From: Octopus vulgaris
Lineage: Eukaryota
DNA length: 64,000 nucleotides
Assembly (NCBI GenBank): GCA_951406725.2
Contig: OX597827.1
Span: forward strand, 15,376,001-15,440,000
Direction of reading: 5' to 3'
Position numbers and translations under genes: made by a program. Shown one piece after another: positions 60,030 through 64,000 of the stretch. Below the pieces are notes generated by a model. The model worked only from the letters and a program-made list of their open reading frames with translations. It made no database searches and was not told the origin of the DNA. Each line of letters begins with the position of its first letter. Within the stretch, counting starts at the first letter, position 1.

Positions 60030-63019
60030 ATCCCGGTTTGCACGGGAGTGAGAACATCTAGTGGTTCTAGACTAGGGTCCATATGACCCTTGGTGTTCAT
60101 ATAAGATTTTGTGCGGTTCATGAAAGCAAAGTAGTAACTTGGGGATTCATGGTAGTATTTTAAAGAGTCCGTAGAAAATTTTTGGTTTCATATGTCTATA
60201 TTGCAAGAAACGGCTAGGTTTCTTTCTCTGGTGTTTTACATAGTTTTAAATGTTTCCTGCCACTGAAATATGTTCTCATAGAGAATAGGAGATGGTCTAG
60301 TTAAGGAACTAGAAGAAGCATGGAGGACTGGTAATGCGGACCAAGCGAGGGTTAAAAGACTGGAGTTAAACCAGCATCTTGAAGCCCAACACATGGGAAG
60401 TATTGCCAGAGCTAAGTTACGTGCAATGGGAAGTGAAGGAATCAAGGCCGCTGGATGGGCCCGGTTGGTGGAAGTTCGGCAAGGAAGTAGTTCCACTATT
60501 CGGTCTTTGACGAATCAAAATGGTGTCTTGGTAAACGAACCCGAGAAAATGTGTGAGGCCTTTCGGGAGTACTTCGCCCAGCTGTTCGGGAGTGACGGCA
60601 GTCCTGGTGGTGGGAGAGCCTTCGAGGACTTTCTTGCCGGGCTGCCGTGCCTCTCGGGGTCGGATGCGGAGTCTTGTGAAGGGTCAATCACGCCTGTGGA
60701 GGCCAAACACAGCGGGGACAAACAAGGACAGACAAACGGATTAGGTAAGTCGCCGGGACTTGATGGTCTTCCGTACGAGCTGTATAAATGTATGCCAGAC
60801 TTGTTCGGGCGTCTACTGGCTGATATGTACGCGAACTGGCAACAGAATGGGTTTATCCCCAGATCTGTGCGCCGGGGAGTAGTGAGGTTGGTCAGAAAGG
60901 ACCCGGACAAGGGGGACGTTATAGAGAATTTCAGGCCCATCACTCTGTTAAACGCAGAAGGGAAGATTTTGGCCAAGGTCTTAGCAAAAAGGTTGGCGCG
61001 TGTCGCGAATGGTATAGTCGGGGAGGCACAGACATATGCCATCCCAAGCAGAACCATTCAGGATACCCTCCATCTTATTCGCTATACCATAGAGAGGGCT
61101 GGTAATAAATCTGGAAAATGTGGGGCATTGGTACATTTAGACCAGTCTAAAGCTTTTGATAAGGTTGACCATCGATACCTGGCGACTGTGCTTGCGCGGT
61201 TCGGCCTGGGCTTTGACTTCTTCAGGTGGTTTATCGCTTTGTACCACAACATTGACTCGATAGTTCGGGTGAACGGTTTCCTTTCGAAGCCGTTCTGCAT
61301 CAGACGCTCGGTTCGTCAAGGATGTCCACTCTTACCACTTTTGTATGTGATGGCTCTCGATCCCCTATTGCGAAAGTTGAGTGGCATCCCGAGAGAACCA
61401 GGTCAAGAGGAGCTTGTTACGGCTTACGCGGATGATATCACTATCAGCGTAACCTCAGTAGCACGCATACGTGAAGTGGGTAAGACTATTGAGGCTTACG
61501 AGGAGGTGGCAGGAGCAAAGATTAACCGGGTAAAGTCGGTCGGCTTGCAGCTCGGCACCTGGGTTGGCAAGTCGATGCCTTCAGACAGCGTTGTTGGGCG
61601 CTGGACGGAGGGACCGGTTAAGTTGCTGGGAGTTTGGTTTGGACCAGGCCTCCAGAGAGAGAAGAACTGGACGGAGGTATTGAGCAGAGTGGCTGCAGTA
61701 GTCAAGACCTGGTCTTGGCGGTGGCTATCCCTGAAAGGGAGGGCGGAGGTGGCCAATGTGTTTATCACATCGGTCATTACCTACCGCCTGACCGTCGTGC
61801 TCTGTCCGGATTCGTGGTTGATCAGCTCTTTCGCTTTTTGTGGAAGGGCAGGTCGCCATTTGTGAAACGCTCTGTCTGCTGTCAAAAGCCTTTAAAGGGA
61901 GGTTTAGGGATGACTTGGTTAATGATGCGCAGGCATGCGTTGAGGTTGAAGCACCTCTGGATTCTCCTTGATAGTGAACGGATGTGGTCTCCGCTGGCAA
62001 GACAAATGTTCCCCGAGTTCAAAAGTTTTTACGAACAGGAAGCCTGGTGTTCTCGTAGACCGAGGTCGAGTGAGTGGCATAAAGAGTGCCGTAAGGCCCT
62101 CTTGCTATTCCGACGCTCGGACAACGCCAGCGGTGGGGGTTCCACACAGATTTTATATAGTGGGTTGGTAGAGTCTGAATGCGACGATGGCCTTGGTGGA
62201 GACTCTACATCTCGGATTTATTCAACTGGACAGCCTGTTTTACCGTACATTCGGGTTGAGCACGTTGGACAACTTCCAAAATTCCTTAACCTGGCAATGC
62301 TACAGAGGAGCCTTGCCCGTTTGGGATAAGCTCGCAAGACACGGTAAGCGTCAGTCGCCGACCTGTCCAAGATGCGGGTGGGGTGGGGGCGGACAGGGAA
62401 ACCATCCATCACGCTATTGTTCAGTGTCCGGAGATATTTGAAATTTGGGCTTATGCTGAACACCTGTTGTCCGGCGAAGGAAGAGTACAGCTGTCGACTG
62501 AGTCAATTATAAAAATTGCCCCACCGGGAGTTTTAACGAACGAAGGTAAGAATTGTTTTCTCACGGTTGTAGCAATAGCGAAAGAGGCAGTATGGAAAAC
62601 TAGGATAAAAGGAATTAAGACAGGCAACTTTATCTCTGGCCACAGTTTACGATCATTTTTTTTTCTTTTCATTTGAAAAGGAAGGTGTGGCTGGAGAAGA
62701 AATGTCTGTCGGAGCGTACGTTCCAAAAGAGATGGAAGCATGTTGCACGAGTGTTGTGCGTGCAAGGAACCGTGTAAACAGACGGGGAAAAAAGAACAAA
62801 AAAAGATATCAGCGATAGATCGGGGCTTGTGGGGTCGGAGCGCGGCCTGGTTGTCGCTTCATTTGTGTTGTCCCTGTATTGTTAATTTCATTCGATTTTC
62901 TATATATTGTATTTAATTTTTAAAAGTCGCATTTTATGTAAAATCATACCGCATTACTGATTCCATCAGTTGTTCTGTCCATTTCTATGTTTAGCCCCCC
63001 GGTGGGCAATAAAGAAATT
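60030..63019 (+). mobile_element. 5'-truncated Tx1-clade (L1 group) LINE: RT, CCHC knuckle and 3'UTR; frameshifted
   Basis: GKSPGLDG, NFRPITLLN, LDQSKAFDKV, SVRQGCP, AYADD, LSLKGR, CPRC..ETIHH....C; ends GTGGGCAATAAAGAAATT. The 5' boundary is approximate. Confidence 0.92.
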
Positions 63020-63610
63020 GGTATTTCATCAGTCTATGTTCAGCGGCGAGCTGGCAGAATCGTTAGCATGCGGGGCGAAATGCTTAGAGGTATTTCGCCT
63101 GCCGCTACGTTCTGAGTTCAAATTCCGCCGAGGTCGACTTTGCCTTTCATCCTTTCGGGGTCGATAATTAAGTACCAGTTACGCACTGGGGTCGATATGA
63201 TCGACTTAATCCGTTTGTGTGTCCTTGTTCGTCCCCTCTGTGTTTAGCCCCTTGTGGGTAGTAAAGAAATAGGTATTTCATCAGTCTATGTTCAGAGTTC
63301 AAATTCCGCCGAAGTCGACTTTGCGTTTCATCCTTTTGGAGTCGATAAATTAAGTACCATTTGCGTACTGGGGTTGATCTAATCGACTGGCGCCCCTAAA
63401 AATTTTGGGCCTTGTGCCTAGAGTAGAAAAGAATCGTAAGCGCGTCGGACAAAATGCTTAGAAGCATTTCGTCTGTCCTTTCTTACCGTACGTTCTGAGT
63501 TCAAATTCAACTGAGGTCAACTTTGCCTTTCATCCTTCCGGAGTCGATACAAGTACTGGGTCGATGAAAATTACCAAAATTCAGGCCTTGTGCCTATAGA
63601 AGAAACGATT
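63020..63610 (+). mobile_element. Nested S2 SINE cluster
   Basis: Young copy 63044-63271 with 24-bp TSD GGTATTTCATCAGTCTATGTTCAG inside an older S2. Confidence 0.88.
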
Positions 63611-64000
63611 ATTTATAGCTCTCTCTGCTTCGAGATCCACCGCTTACTCATCCCAAAGAATTGTTTCACGTTATTTCGAGGTTTATAAATTCTTATGGCA
63701 TCATTTATGTCTATCTTCGTAGGAATTTGCTTCATTTCCATATTTTACATCACACAGACCCAATTTGCATAGTTCCGTATAAAGCAGCAAAGAGACCGTT
63801 ACTGACAAATGTTTTATTTTATTATCATTTTTAAAGCAACGTTGAGTATATATATATTTACAGTCATAAGCATTGAAATATTCGTGAAGTCTTCATGCGT
63901 TCTATGATTCATTTAGTTAACAAACATCGGTCTAAGTAGCAACACTGTCTACTTTGCAGACTTCATTCATAAAATTCTTTTTAGCTTACTTCACCGAGAC

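Noticed and set aside
60393-61865. 490-aa RT ORF as an active or domesticated gene
   Set aside because: No intact endonuclease, downstream frameshifts and a SINE patch; best read as a dead LINE copy.

Overview
AT-rich, repeat-dense eukaryotic DNA. The SINE/RTE/Tx1 repertoire, microsatellite load and single-coding-exon C2H2 genes look like an Octopus (coleoid cephalopod) genome; this is recognition from memory, not a database result. Supported genes: two divergently oriented C2H2 zinc-finger genes (14284..16377 -, 16 fingers; 39364..40866 +, about 11 fingers) and two intron-containing elongator tRNA-Met(CAT) genes (48569..48661 -, 50169..50261 -) plus a 5' tRNA fragment. The ZNF genes probably take their non-coding first exons from a CpG-richer region near 28.7-29.4 kb. 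The rest is mobile DNA: decayed RTE LINEs with a PHD-like finger inside the RT, Tx1-clade LINEs, three tRNA-derived SINE families, a bipartite RTE-derived element with an HDV-like ribozyme remnant, Penelope-like hairpins with hammerhead cores, non-autonomous Helitrons, piggyBac- and Merlin-like MITEs, and microsatellites. The most system-like signal is a Tx1 LINE and a SINE that share a 3' tail and insert at the same GGTAT site, which lies inside the SINE's own head and produces self-nested arrays. Most short ORFs in the track are repeat artefacts. Repeat boundaries were read by eye and are approximate unless a target-site duplication (TSD) is cited.
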